DNA of 32,000 nucleotides from Vibrio alginolyticus NBRC 15630 = ATCC 17749 (GCF_000354175.2 NC_022349.1:120001-152000), one strand, 5' to 3'. Shown: positions 1-10,347, counted from the stretch's first letter. Numbers and translations: made by a program. Notes: generated by a model from the sequence alone, not told the origin.

Positions 1-528
1 ATGGCGAAGCTGTTCCAACGTGTGAACCCACATATCGATATGGGTCAACGTTCTCCTCAGGTTTTGGGTGAAGAGCTACTGGATTACCGTAACTACCTAG
101 AGCTAAGTGTAGAAGTGAACCGTGGTACAGATGGTTGGCTACAGGCTGAGTCTGGCGCGCTATCAACAGGTGAGGCGATCGGTACTGGTCAGTCAATCCT
201 ACTGATGGTTGTTCAAAGCTGGGAAGAAGAATCACGCCGCCTGCGCAGTAAAGACATTGTGCCTTGTCGTCTGCTGTTCTTAGATGAAGCAGCGCGTCTG
301 GATGCGAAATCGATCGCGACATTGTTCGAATTGTGTGACCGTCTGGATATGCAGCTTCTTATCGCGGCACCAGAAAACATCAGCCCAGAGAAAGGTACGA
401 CCTACAAACTGGTGCGTAAGGTGTTTAAAGACCACGAACACGTACACGTAGTGGGTCTGCGCGGTTTTGGTCAAACGGATAAGCCTAAGACCGAAGCACA
501 AGAGATGATTGAAGAGTTTGAATCGTAA
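1..528 (+). CDS. mukB: Chromosome partition protein MukB, C-terminal fragment (5' end lies upstream of the window)
   Basis: Frame 1 is open from base 1 to TAA at 526-528. The translation (...[51 protein letters not shown]...) matches the conserved MukB C-terminal head segment. The ATG at 1-3 is an internal Met, not the start. Confidence 0.9.
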   Translation: MAKLFQRVNPHIDMGQRSPQVLGEELLDYRNYLELSVEVNRGTDGWLQAESGALSTGEAIGTGQSILLMVVQSWEEESRRLRSKDIVPCRLLFLDEAARLDAKSIATLFELCDRLDMQLLIAAPENISPEKGTTYKLVRKVFKDHEHVHVVGLRGFGQTDKPKTEAQEMIEEFES

Positions 529-545
529 ACTTCGAATCTAACAAA

Positions 546-573
546 ACGCCCGCAATGAATGCGGGCGTTTTTG
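546..573 (+). terminator. Rho-independent terminator of mukB
   Basis: Perfect 9-bp stem ACGCCCGCA (546-554) / TGCGGGCGT (560-568) with a 5-nt loop, followed by TTTT. Confidence 0.8.
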
Positions 574-608
574 TATCTGTTTACGAGGCAGGCTTCGAAA
601 TACATAAG

Positions 609-644
609 ATAAGCCGAGACTGTAGGACGGCAGTCTCGGCTTAT
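609..644. repeat. Perfect 14-bp inverted repeat (hairpin), possible terminator for the small minus-strand ORF
   Basis: ATAAGCCGAGACTG (609-622) / CAGTCTCGGCTTAT (631-644) with an 8-nt loop. There is no clean T-run on either side, so its role is uncertain. Confidence 0.4.
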
Positions 645-671
645 TAACGGAACTTAATGAGGAAGCGACGT

Positions 672-824
672 TTATTCCTCTGGAATATCGTCCCTGACTT
701 CGATCATTTCAGCAAGCTCTTCAAGTGCTTGGACAGAAAGCTCAGACAAGCGTTGTAGGTGTTGGTCTAAGCTCTCTTGTTCTTCAAGCTCTGGTTCATC
801 ATTATTTGTTTCTTTTATTAGCAT
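672..824 (-). CDS. Hypothetical small acidic protein (50 aa), below the ORF-track size cut-off
   Basis: Hand translation of the minus strand gives MLIKETNNDEPELEEQESLDQHLQRLSELSVQALEELAEMIEVRDDIPEE-stop. GAGAGG lies 7 nt upstream of the ATG (824-822). The ORF sits between two terminator-like hairpins. I recognise no homologue. Confidence 0.3.
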   Translation of the reverse strand: MLIKETNNDEPELEEQESLDQHLQRLSELSVQALEELAEMIEVRDDIPEE

Positions 825-990
825 TTCCCAACCTCTCAAGTTGAGTAAGGGGAGCTCTCATCATACTCAAAAGGCAAAGTAGAAAAGAAACGATCTATGT
901 TGATTTTGTTAGCTCGATCATTGATTCAACTTATATATGAGAAGGATGTGTTTAATAAGGAGAGCAAGTGCAAGGTTTTTGGATGCGGGA

Positions 991-1024
991 ACAAAAACGC
1001 CAGTAATCATGACAATTACTGGCG
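991..1024 (-). terminator. Rho-independent terminator closing the minus-strand three-gene operon
   Basis: 10-bp perfect stem CGCCAGTAAT (998-1007) / ATTACTGGCG (1015-1024) with a 7-nt loop. On the minus strand it is followed by TTTTTG (plus-strand A-run 993-997), 27 nt after the stop at 1052. Confidence 0.8.
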
Positions 1025-1051
1025 AGTAATAACGAACATTAGGTCGGAGGG

Positions 1052-2020
1052 TTAGAACAACGGCTTCACACCGAACTGCTCTGCTGCGTAAGCGACGCGT
1101 TCAATCGGTTTTGGATACTCAGCAGGTGTGCCAAGGCTCTCTATGTGTTTCAAACGAGGAAGCAAGCCTGCACCATTAGCGATTTGGATTGCCAGACCAG
1201 GGCGAGCGTTAAGCTCTAAAACCATAGGTCCTTCATCTTTATCCAGCACCATATCCGTACCCATGTATCCCAAACCTGTCATTTCCCAGGCACTTGACGC
1301 AAGCTCCAGCAAGCGCTCCCAATGCGGTACTTGAAGGGTCGAAAGGTCTTTACCTGTATCAGGGTGATGAGTCACTGGATGATCGAACTGCACCGCTCTG
1401 ACGGCTTTACCTGTCGCGATGTCAATGCCTACTCCTACGGCACCTTGGTGAAGGTTTGCTTTGCCGTCGGAAGCCGCTGTAGAACAGCGCATCATCGCCA
1501 TAACTGGATAACCTTTAAATACGATGATCCGAACATCTGGTACGCCTTCATAACTGAAGCCATCAAAACAGTCATCAAACTTGATTAAGTTTTCAACCAC
1601 AGCAACGTCATTTTTACCACCAAGAGAGAAAAGGCCAGCAAGCGCATTACTAATGTGACGCTCGACCTCATCCCTACCAATTGTAGAGCCGGAGGGTTTG
1701 GTATATACCCCGTTTTTGTGAGACGTAACAACCAGAATGCCTTTACCGCCACTACCTTGTGCAGGTTTGATTACAAAACCAGGCCAGTTCTCAACCATTT
1801 TGTGGATAGTCTTAACTTCAGCTTGGTTATGAATGACACCGATCAGGGCAGGAACTGTTGCTCCTGCTGCCTGTGCAATAATTTTGGTCTTTAGCTTGTC
1901 ATCGACAAGTGGGTATTTAGAACGATCATTGTAACGGCCAATATAGCTGTGGTTACGCTTGTTCATCCCCATAATGCCTTTATGGCGAAGCTTAGACGGC
2001 GAAGTAAAACTTTCGAACAT
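1052..2020 (-). CDS. RimK-related ATP-grasp ligase (alpha-L-glutamate ligase-like protein)
   Basis: 322-aa ORF. The N-terminus MGMNKRNHSYIGRYNDRSKYPLVDDKLKTK and the core FVIKPAQGSGGKGILVV...VLELNARPGL are typical of the RimK-related ATP-grasp subfamily found next to 7TM/transglutaminase-like genes. Confidence 0.85.
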   Translation of the reverse strand: MFESFTSPSKLRHKGIMGMNKRNHSYIGRYNDRSKYPLVDDKLKTKIIAQAAGATVPALIGVIHNQAEVKTIHKMVENWPGFVIKPAQGSGGKGILVVTSHKNGVYTKPSGSTIGRDEVERHISNALAGLFSLGGKNDVAVVENLIKFDDCFDGFSYEGVPDVRIIVFKGYPVMAMMRCSTAASDGKANLHQGAVGVGIDIATGKAVRAVQFDHPVTHHPDTGKDLSTLQVPHWERLLELASSAWEMTGLGYMGTDMVLDKDEGPMVLELNARPGLAIQIANGAGLLPRLKHIESLGTPAEYPKPIERVAYAAEQFGVKPLF

Positions 2021-2023
2021 CGT

Positions 2024-3529
2024 TTAGTCCTCCGCTAGTGGTTTGAAGCGTCGTAGCTCAGTGAGGCGGTAACCTGTGTAAGTACCTAGTAATAGAATAC
2101 CGGCCAGAACAATCAACTGTAGACCAATGAAGTTAAAGGTTAAGTGTTGAATGTATGAGTTCGTCATTGCAAGGTAAACTAATACCGCTGTCAGCAATGA
2201 ACCACCACCTTGCAGAGCAACTTCCTTCGCACCTTCTTCTTCCCATAGGATTGACATACGTTCAATCGTCCAAGACAAGATTATCATAGGGAAGAAGGTA
2301 ATTGTTAGGCCTTCCGTTAAGCCCATCTTAAACGCAACAACGGTGAACACCGAGATGATCATGATAACGGTAATAATGACCGCAGATATCCTTGCTACCA
2401 GCAATAAGTTCAACCTAGACAAATAGCTTCGAATAATCAGGCCTGTACCTACAATTAGCAAGAAACCGACAATACCCGTTAATAGTTGAGTTTGAACAAA
2501 AGCAACGGCAATCAACACAGGCATGAAGGTACCGGATGTTTTCAGGCCGATAATCACACGCAAGAACACAACGATCAGAGCACCAATAGGGATGAGCATG
2601 ATGGTTTTGAACATCGCTTGCTCTTCCAAAGGTAAGCTATGAATTGAAATATTCAGTAATCCATCTGCTTCTATTTTGTTGTTTGTAGCTTGTTGTGGTG
2701 TCATTTCTTGCTTAATCATCGAGAAATGCACTTGGCTATTTTTACCACCAACAAGGTCAAGTAAGGATACGTTTGATTCATCCCACACTAACAAGTTGGG
2801 TTTCACTGCTTTTTGTTCGGATTTTGGCGAAAACAGTACCCAATCTTTACCTGACCAAACCTGAACCATTGGTTGAATTGTTTGGCGTCGACGACCATCT
2901 TCTAGTTCGATAACACCGACGGTTTTGCTTTGTATACCTGCGGTAAGCAAAATATTATGCAGTGCATCAGTACGGCTGAAATCGTTCAGTAGTAGCGACG
3001 AGTTTTGGCTATCTGGGTCATTAAGCGCTTTGATAAGCTCACGAGTAAACGTCACATTATCGGCTGAGCGACTCATCGCACGTTCGATAAGGGCATTTGC
3101 CGCTGCTGCTTGTGGTGCTGATAGCGTTGGTGGCGTAATGTCTTCCGTTGGCGGTAAAGGAGTGACTTTAGCCTGAGGGTCTACTAAGAACTGGGCTTTG
3201 TAGTATATGGTTTGTGGCCCTTGAGCTTGGCGAATTGACCATTCTGCACGACGGCCTGAATCGTCATTGATGTAGGAAACGCCATAACCTGATGAGGAAG
3301 CAGATTCACCGATAAGTGTGTAACCACTTTGTGTATGAGGTGCTGCAAGTGACGCTTTTACTTCGTTGCCGTTAGCATTGAACTCAATACGAGCTTCTAC
3401 ATCCCATACCTGGCGAGTTTCGCCTGGCGTCCAAGGCACGCCGTAGTTTTCATGTCTGAAAACACTCAGAGCAATGCCCGCAATCACCAATAAGATGATA
3501 GAAAGGTAAAACGGTATTTTTGACGTCAT
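2024..3529 (-). CDS. Membrane protein: N-terminal TM helix, large extracytoplasmic transglutaminase-like (inactive) domain, C-terminal ~7-TM block
   Basis: 501-aa ORF. It has one N-terminal hydrophobic helix (FYLSIILLVIAGIALSVF), about 290 soluble residues, then a dense run of hydrophobic helices (IMLIPIGALIVVFLRVIIG ... LQLIVLAGILLLGTY). It starts 11 nt after the upstream gene and ends 3 nt before the ligase gene. Confidence 0.8.
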   Translation of the reverse strand: MTSKIPFYLSIILLVIAGIALSVFRHENYGVPWTPGETRQVWDVEARIEFNANGNEVKASLAAPHTQSGYTLIGESASSSGYGVSYINDDSGRRAEWSIRQAQGPQTIYYKAQFLVDPQAKVTPLPPTEDITPPTLSAPQAAAANALIERAMSRSADNVTFTRELIKALNDPDSQNSSLLLNDFSRTDALHNILLTAGIQSKTVGVIELEDGRRRQTIQPMVQVWSGKDWVLFSPKSEQKAVKPNLLVWDESNVSLLDLVGGKNSQVHFSMIKQEMTPQQATNNKIEADGLLNISIHSLPLEEQAMFKTIMLIPIGALIVVFLRVIIGLKTSGTFMPVLIAVAFVQTQLLTGIVGFLLIVGTGLIIRSYLSRLNLLLVARISAVIITVIMIISVFTVVAFKMGLTEGLTITFFPMIILSWTIERMSILWEEEGAKEVALQGGGSLLTAVLVYLAMTNSYIQHLTFNFIGLQLIVLAGILLLGTYTGYRLTELRRFKPLAED

Positions 3530-3540
3530 AATCTACCTTA

Positions 3541-4287
3541 TTATTTTTTATCTTCGTCCGTTTGGATATAGGTACGACTTACATCGACAAGTGCTATGTC
3601 GCGCATAAATTCTCTACCCAGTAAAATAGGATGGTTCATATGTGAGCGATCTGCCAACGTAAATTGCGCTTTTTCATGAATTTTTCCAACGCGCACCCAA
3701 AGTTCTACCACAGCGCGGCGTTCTAACTCTTCACTGGTAACCTGGCGGATTTTGACGTAGCGAATGACAGGAGCTTCGATCCAAGTACTTTTCTCTTCTT
3801 CGGATTTACTGGTGTCTGCTAAGTGGAATCGGACCCATTTTTTGCCATTTCTTTCGAACTCTTCAATATCAACGGCATTTAAAGACGACGTCGCGGCACC
3901 AGTGTCGATACGTGCATCAAAAGTTTGCTTAATCGACTCTACAGTGACCTTTTCGATAGAGCCAAGGACAATATCGTGAGTTGGGGTTGGTTCCACAGGA
4001 GCGGGAGATTGGACAATAATCGGCTCTTTCGGTTTTTTTACTTCTGCCATTGCTTCATCGCGAAATGTAAGAAGTTCAACCTGTAGTTTATCGACTTGTT
4101 CTTCAAGGCTGTCGATATAGTCCGATTGGTTGCTGAGCTGTAGCTCTAGGTTGGTAATGCGATTATTGACATTCGCTTCTGAATTTTGAATCGCCGCTAA
4201 CGTTTCTTGGTGGTACTGTTCGCCTTTGGTTAGTGAGCATCCAGATAGTAAGGCGATGGCAACAATCGGGGTCAATCGTAATAACAT
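3541..4287 (-). CDS. Lipoprotein with coiled-coil N-domain and retropepsin-like aspartic protease domain (family usually annotated 'ATP-dependent zinc protease', DUF785)
   Basis: 248-aa ORF with a lipobox (IALLSGC-S), a heptad-like segment (NRITNLELQLSNQSDYIDSLEEQVDKLQVELLTF), a Pro-rich linker, and then FDARIDTGAATSSL, which carries the D-T-G-A aspartic protease signature. Confidence 0.8.
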   Translation of the reverse strand: MLLRLTPIVAIALLSGCSLTKGEQYHQETLAAIQNSEANVNNRITNLELQLSNQSDYIDSLEEQVDKLQVELLTFRDEAMAEVKKPKEPIIVQSPAPVEPTPTHDIVLGSIEKVTVESIKQTFDARIDTGAATSSLNAVDIEEFERNGKKWVRFHLADTSKSEEEKSTWIEAPVIRYVKIRQVTSEELERRAVVELWVRVGKIHEKAQFTLADRSHMNHPILLGREFMRDIALVDVSRTYIQTDEDKK

Positions 4288-4499
4288 TGAAAACCTTGGG
4301 ATTGGATTAAGTTGTTTATTTTTTAGGAGTTTAGCTTATATCGATAAAGCCTCACAAGTAAGAATGTTTCTCTATTACTTATTGTTTGAGGAATAGTGAT
4401 GAAAAGCCAAAAATCAAGGACATAAAAGCGCATCCTTATTTAGAGCGTGCTTATATTTTGACGTGAAAAATGGATTCAAAAATCAAACTCGCTCATTAC

Positions 4500-4543
4500 G
4501 AGGAAAGAGGGTAATGTCTTAACTCGTAAAATGAGTTAAGACA
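4500..4543 (-). terminator. Terminator of cmoB
   Basis: 11-bp perfect stem TGTCTTAACTC (4515-4525) / GAGTTAAGACA (4533-4543) with a 7-nt loop, 20 nt downstream of the cmoB stop. The minus-strand tail TTACCCTCTTTCC is only moderately T-rich. Confidence 0.6.
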
Positions 4544-4563
4544 ATGTCAGGAATCTCAGCGAA

Positions 4564-5535
4564 TTATGATTTGCGAGCGACAAGAACCGCGCGGCGAGGG
4601 GCAGGGTAGCCTTCTACAGTCTTGCTTGGGTCGTTCGGATCTAAGTAGTCAGGTAGAGAGTTATGCGTCATCCAATCTGTGGTACGTTGTTCATCTACGG
4701 ATGTGATGTTTTCATCAACGATACGAACATCTTCAAAACCGACCAATTCTAACCACACTTTTAGGGCTTTTGCTGAAGGGAAGAAATAGACATTACGCAT
4801 TTGCGCGTAACGAGAAGTCGGGACCAGTACTGCATTCTCATCACCTTCAATCACGAGTGTTTCCAATACGAGTTCACCACCAGATACCAATTGATCTTTT
4901 AGTTGCACTAAATGATCGAGAGGCGAGCGGCGATGGTAAAGCACGCCCATGCTGAATACCGTATCGAACGCTTCTAACTTAGGTAGTTGTTCAATACCCA
5001 ATGGCAATAGGTGTGCACGTTGGTCATCGCCCATTAGTTTACGAATTGCTTCGAACTGAATTAGAAACAGGTGAGATGGATCGATACCGACAGTTAAGCG
5101 TGCACCTTCGCCTAGCATGCGCCACATGTGGTAGCCGTTACCACAACCTACATCGAGTACGCTGCGATTTTTTAATGGTGAAATATGCGGAAGCACGCGG
5201 TCCCATTTCCAATCACTGCGCCACTCAGTATCAATATGGATGCCGTGTACGTTGTATGGGCCTTTGCGCCAAGGATGGAATGTACGAAGTAAGCTTTCTA
5301 GCTTTTTAAGTTCCCCTTGAGGCATGGGCTCATTGTTTGAAATCGTGACAGAATCAACAATGTCGATGTTGTCCGGTCTACCCGCTGGGATTTTGTTCAG
5401 GGCTTTCAACCAGCGACCAAAGTCACCGTGCTCTGCATTTTGCCAATCCGTTAGCTGTTGTGGAAGCACATTAAGCCAAGGTTGAAGACGAGTGTCTTGG
5501 GCAATCAATTGGTAGAAATTTGCAAAGTTAAACAT
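4564..5535 (-). CDS. cmoB: tRNA U34 carboxymethyltransferase CmoB
   Basis: 323-aa ORF colinear with E. coli CmoB ([12 protein letters not shown]...WRKGPY...DVGCGNGYH...), immediately downstream of cmoA. Confidence 0.92.
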   Translation of the reverse strand: MFNFANFYQLIAQDTRLQPWLNVLPQQLTDWQNAEHGDFGRWLKALNKIPAGRPDNIDIVDSVTISNNEPMPQGELKKLESLLRTFHPWRKGPYNVHGIHIDTEWRSDWKWDRVLPHISPLKNRSVLDVGCGNGYHMWRMLGEGARLTVGIDPSHLFLIQFEAIRKLMGDDQRAHLLPLGIEQLPKLEAFDTVFSMGVLYHRRSPLDHLVQLKDQLVSGGELVLETLVIEGDENAVLVPTSRYAQMRNVYFFPSAKALKVWLELVGFEDVRIVDENITSVDEQRTTDWMTHNSLPDYLDPNDPSKTVEGYPAPRRAVLVARKS

Positions 5536-5616
5536 AGTTAGTTAATCGCTGAGTTGATGGGTATAAATTATTAACAAAAGCCGAAATCGGTATAGTTCAG
5601 GCTTTGTATGCATGGT

Positions 5617-6435
<819 letters not shown>

Positions 6436-6447
6436 TCATGTGTTGCG

Positions 6448-7314
6448 TTAGAACATCTGTAACTGCGAGTTGCCATCGTCAGCTGGGAAAGGCGCTAACT
6501 CAGGGAGCGTGATACGTTTTTGTATGTCTTTATACAGGTTTGCAGCCAACTCTGGCGCAATTATATTGTCTGCGGTATGGATCATGACATATGGCTGTTT
6601 ACCTTCGGCAATCCATTGTGGCAACTTGCTGAGCCATGGTTTAAAAAACTCGTAATTTTGCTGTTCTTCTGGATGACCAATAAAGCGAATCAAAGGGTGT
6701 GAAGCGGTAGCAATGGCGTGGACAGGGACTCGTGGTTTTTTCATTTGCGCATCAATGATCGCCTCATTGTCGGGCTTAGCGGCAAAGACTGGGCGGCTAT
6801 CCATAATAATACGGTCAATATTATTCTCTACTAACCATTGGTTAAGTGCTCGCTCTTCTTCGCCTTTGGAGAAAAATGCCATATGACGAACCTCAACACC
6901 GAGAGGGAAGTTAGGTGGAAAGCTCGCACAGAACTTTTTCAGTCGATCAAGGTGCTCAGGACCAAATGCGGCTGGTAATTGAATTGTCCATTGGCCCACA
7001 CGGTCATGCAAAGGCTCCATGACTTTCATGAAGTCTCTCAGTTGTTCGCTGCAACCTCTTAGCATTTGCTCATGAGTGATGGCTTTAGGAAGTTTGAAAG
7101 TAAAGCGAAAATCATCGTGGGTTGCGGCTCTCCAGTTTTGCACTGTATTGAGCGTCGGTGTGGCATAAAATGTCGTGTTGCCTTCCACGGTATGAAACAC
7201 TTGCGCATACCTTTCTAAACGTTCAGCGGGCTTTGTCCCGCTGCCGTAAAAACTTTGTTGCCATTGATTGTGCGACCACATCGTCAATCCAAGTCGAAGA
7301 GGTAAGTTATCCAT
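6448..7314 (-). CDS. DUF72 (YecE-like) family protein
   Basis: 288-aa ORF. MWSHNQWQQSFYG...ERLERYAQVFHTVEGNTTFYATP is the typical DUF72 N-terminal pattern. Confidence 0.8.
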   Translation of the reverse strand: MDNLPLRLGLTMWSHNQWQQSFYGSGTKPAERLERYAQVFHTVEGNTTFYATPTLNTVQNWRAATHDDFRFTFKLPKAITHEQMLRGCSEQLRDFMKVMEPLHDRVGQWTIQLPAAFGPEHLDRLKKFCASFPPNFPLGVEVRHMAFFSKGEEERALNQWLVENNIDRIIMDSRPVFAAKPDNEAIIDAQMKKPRVPVHAIATASHPLIRFIGHPEEQQNYEFFKPWLSKLPQWIAEGKQPYVMIHTADNIIAPELAANLYKDIQKRITLPELAPFPADDGNSQLQMF

Positions 7315-7358
7315 TATTCTTTACTGCTTGCTACTCGTGTGAATACTTTACGAGAGTT

Positions 7359-7388
7359 TTGCTGAAATAGGTAATTTCACGCTATAAT
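7359..7388 (+). promoter_or_regulatory. Candidate sigma70 promoter for aspS
   Basis: TTGCTG (7359-7364), an 18-nt spacer, and TATAAT (7383-7388). It would give a leader of about 190 nt. Confidence 0.4.
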
Positions 7389-7587
7389 CCTCCCCAATTT
7401 TTTCGCTTTGGTGCGCTTTTGAACATTTGTTGTACTAAAAAGCACCAGTGAATGATAAAACACACGTAATTGTATGTTGAGTAGTCGATTTTCGTGGACA
7501 TTCAGCGTATAACTGAATCTTTACTCTGCTTAGCAATGAGGCTGACAGAGCGTAGTTAACAACATTTGAGAGATTGGGAATTTCATT

Positions 7588-9366
7588 ATGCGTACCCATT
7601 ACTGTGGTCACCTGAACAAGTCCCTTGCAGGACAAACTGTAGAACTTTGCGGCTGGGTTAACCGTCGTCGTGATTTAGGCGGTCTTATTTTTATTGATAT
7701 GCGAGATCGCGAAGGTATCGTTCAGGTAGTTGTTGATCCAGATATGGCGGATGCGTATGAAGTGGCGAACACACTTCGTAATGAATTCTGTATCAAACTA
7801 ACGGGTGAAGTGCGCGTTCGCCCAGAGAGCCAAGCAAACAAAGACATGGCAACAGGTGAAGTTGAGATCCTTGCGAAAGGTCTTGAAATCATCAACCGTT
7901 CTGATGTTCTGCCTCTAGACTTCAACCAAAAGAACTCTGAAGAGCAGCGCCTGAAGTACCGTTACCTAGATCTACGTCGTCCAGAAATGAGCGACCGCAT
8001 CAAGCTACGAGCTAAAGCGTCTAGCTTTGTTCGTCGTTTCCTAGATGACAACGGTTTCCTAGACATCGAAACACCAGTCCTAACAAAAGCGACTCCAGAA
8101 GGCGCTCGTGACTACCTAGTACCTAGCCGTGTTCACAAAGGCAGCTTCTACGCGCTTCCTCAGTCTCCACAGCTATTCAAACAGCTTCTAATGATGTCTG
8201 GTTTTGACCGTTACTACCAAATCGTTAAGTGTTTCCGTGATGAAGACTTGCGTGCTGACCGTCAACCAGAATTCACTCAGATCGATATCGAAACGTCATT
8301 CATGACGGCTGACCAAGTTCGTGCAACGACTGAGAAAATGGTTCGTGAAATGTGGCAAGAGCTACTAAACGTTGACCTAGGTGAATTCCCAGTAATGCCG
8401 TTCAGCGAAGCGATTCGTCGTTTCGGTTCTGACAAGCCAGACCTACGTAACCCACTGGAACTAGTAGACGTTGCTGACCTAGTGAAAGATGTTGAGTTCA
8501 AAGTATTCTCAGGTCCAGCAAACGACGAAAAAGGCCGCGTTGCCGTTATTCGCGTTCCAGGTGGTGCATCTTTGACTCGTAAGCAAATTGATGGCTACGG
8601 TGAATTCGTTGGCATCTACGGTGCGAAAGGTCTAGCTTGGATGAAGGTTAACGACCGTGCAGCGGGCATGGAAGGTATCCAATCTCCAGTCGCTAAGTTC
8701 CTAAATGAAGACGTGATCAACGGCATTCTAGATCGTACTCAAGCGGAATCTGGTGACATTATCCTATTTGGCGCTGATAAAGCGGGCATCGTTGCAGAAG
8801 CAATGGGTGCGCTACGTTTGAAACTAGGTAAAGACCTAGAGCTAACGGATGAGTCTGCATGGGCTCCACTATGGGTTGTTGACTTCCCAATGTTCGAAGA
8901 AGATGACGAAGGCAACCTACACGCGATGCACCACCCATTCACATCGCCTCTAGGTGTGACTGCAGAAGAGCTAAAAGCAAACCCTGTTGCGGCAAATTCT
9001 AACGCTTACGATATGGTTCTAAATGGCTACGAAGTGGGCGGCGGCTCTGTTCGTATCCACAACGCAGATATGCAAGAAGCCGTATTTGATATTCTAGGCA
9101 TCACACCTGAAGAGCAACAGCTTAAGTTCGGCTTCCTGCTTGATGCGCTGAAATTCGGTACGCCTCCACATGCTGGTCTTGCATTTGGTCTAGACCGTCT
9201 AGTAATGCTGCTATGTGGTACAGAGAACATCCGTGATGTTATCGCGTTCCCTAAAACAACAGCAGCTGCGTGTCTACTAACAGACGCACCAAGTATTGCG
9301 AACCCAGCAGCGCTAGAAGAGCTAGCAATCGCAGTAACTGCAGCGAAAGAAAAAGACGCAGAATAA
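7588..9366 (+). CDS. aspS: Aspartate--tRNA ligase
   Basis: 592-aa [46 protein letters not shown] plus the class II motifs ([34 protein letters not shown]). Confidence 0.97.
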   Translation: MRTHYCGHLNKSLAGQTVELCGWVNRRRDLGGLIFIDMRDREGIVQVVVDPDMADAYEVANTLRNEFCIKLTGEVRVRPESQANKDMATGEVEILAKGLEIINRSDVLPLDFNQKNSEEQRLKYRYLDLRRPEMSDRIKLRAKASSFVRRFLDDNGFLDIETPVLTKATPEGARDYLVPSRVHKGSFYALPQSPQLFKQLLMMSGFDRYYQIVKCFRDEDLRADRQPEFTQIDIETSFMTADQVRATTEKMVREMWQELLNVDLGEFPVMPFSEAIRRFGSDKPDLRNPLELVDVADLVKDVEFKVFSGPANDEKGRVAVIRVPGGASLTRKQIDGYGEFVGIYGAKGLAWMKVNDRAAGMEGIQSPVAKFLNEDVINGILDRTQAESGDIILFGADKAGIVAEAMGALRLKLGKDLELTDESAWAPLWVVDFPMFEEDDEGNLHAMHHPFTSPLGVTAEELKANPVAANSNAYDMVLNGYEVGGGSVRIHNADMQEAVFDILGITPEEQQLKFGFLLDALKFGTPPHAGLAFGLDRLVMLLCGTENIRDVIAFPKTTAAACLLTDAPSIANPAALEELAIAVTAAKEKDAE

Positions 9367-9383
9367 GCGCACAACATTTGAAG

Positions 9384-9412
9384 AAAACTCCCGCAACTGC
9401 GGGAGTTTTTGT
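9384..9412 (+). terminator. Rho-independent terminator of aspS
   Basis: CTCCCGC (9388-9394) / GCGGGAG (9399-9405) with a 4-nt loop, then TTTTTGTTT. Confidence 0.85.
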
Positions 9413-9508
9413 TTAAATAAACCCAAGAAACTTCCAAAGCAATTTCCCAAGCAACGCTTTTAGAACATGTTTTGTTATTAAGCGTCAAAATACATTAAAA
9501 GGTGAATT

Positions 9509-10255
9509 ATGGCTGGTCATAGTAAATGGGCGAATATTCGTCACCGTAAAGCAGCGCAAGATGCGAAGCGCGGCAAAATCTTTACTAAATTAATCCGTGA
9601 AATCGTTGTTGCGGCAAAAGAGGGGGGCGGTGAGCCAGAAAATAACCCACGTTTGCGAGCAGCAATTGATAAAGCACTGTCTAACAACATGACACGTGAC
9701 ACTGTCAACCGCGCTGTCAGCCGAGGTGCTGGTGGTGAAGGCGACGACAACATGGAAACCGTGATCTATGAAGGTTATGGCCCAGGTGGTACGGCGGTCA
9801 TGGTCGAATGTATGACGGATAACCGAAATCGTACGGTATCTGGCGTACGCCATGCATTCTCAAAGTCAGGCGGTAATCTGGGGACGGATGGTAGCGTCAA
9901 CTATCTTTTCGACAAGAAAGGCGTGATTTCATATGGCCCAGGTTTAGATGAGGATGCGGTAATGGAAGTAGCATTAGAAAGTGGTGCTGATGACATTGAA
10001 ACGGCAGAAGATGGCTCGATTGATGTCTACACGGCCCCAGGCGATTTTGGACTCGTAAAAGATGCTCTTGATGCCGCAGGGTTTGAGGCAGAGAACGCGG
10101 AGGTGTCGCTGATCCCATCTACGAAAGCAGATTTGGACGCGGATACTGCGCCAAAACTACTTCGTTTGATTGACGCTTTGGAAGATCTGGACGACGTTCA
10201 AGAGGTTTATCACAATGGTGATATCTCTGACGACGTTGCGGCTACGCTAGATTAA
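9509..10255 (+). CDS. yebC: YebC/PmpR family protein
   Basis: 248-aa [35 protein letters not shown] is the hallmark N-terminus, and AAGGTG lies upstream of the ATG. Confidence 0.95.
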   Translation: MAGHSKWANIRHRKAAQDAKRGKIFTKLIREIVVAAKEGGGEPENNPRLRAAIDKALSNNMTRDTVNRAVSRGAGGEGDDNMETVIYEGYGPGGTAVMVECMTDNRNRTVSGVRHAFSKSGGNLGTDGSVNYLFDKKGVISYGPGLDEDAVMEVALESGADDIETAEDGSIDVYTAPGDFGLVKDALDAAGFEAENAEVSLIPSTKADLDADTAPKLLRLIDALEDLDDVQEVYHNGDISDDVAATLD

Positions 10256-10312
10256 ACTCAAGGTGTCGGGAGCGGTATTTGCTCCGAAGTTAGCAAGTAA
10301 TAATAAAAAGAC

Positions 10313-10337
10313 TGAGGCCGAATTAGGCCTCATTTTT
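10313..10337 (+). terminator. Terminator-like hairpin between yebC and ruvC
   Basis: TGAGGCC (10313-10319) / GGCCTCA (10326-10332) with a 6-nt loop, then TTTTT. The ruvC RBS (AGGAA, 10338-10342) abuts the T-run. Confidence 0.7.
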
Positions 10338-10347
10338 AGGAACATTC

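Noticed and set aside
1-3. ATG at the first base presented by the ORF track as the start of a 175-aa protein
   Set aside because: The translation is the extreme C-terminus of MukB (a ~1480-aa protein). The frame is simply open at the window edge, so the Met is internal.
657-758. 33-aa plus-strand ORF (MRKRRLFLWNIVPDF...) antisense to the small acidic ORF
   Set aside because: It is shorter than the minus-strand alternative, has no RBS, and its composition looks like the antisense of an acidic helical ORF.
897-1055. 52-aa plus-strand ORF (MLILLARSLIQLIYEKDVFNKESKCKVFGCGNKNASNHDNYWRVITNIRSEG) in the intergenic gap
   Set aside because: It has no RBS. It reads straight through the strong 10-bp-stem terminator of the opposite-strand operon and into the ligase gene's stop region, so it is most likely a chance ORF.
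7395-7587. Possible regulatory leader, T-box or attenuator upstream of aspS
   Set aside because: Only weak, bulged hairpins are present (for example GGTGC..GCACC around 7411-7447) and there is no terminator T-run. T-box control of aspS is not expected in gammaproteobacteria, and the promoter call itself is tentative.
9027-9488. 153-aa minus-strand ORF
   Set aside because: It is entirely antisense to the 3' end of aspS and runs across the aspS terminator. Its Ser/Ala/Cys-rich low-complexity translation is typical of a non-coding frame opposite a highly expressed gene.
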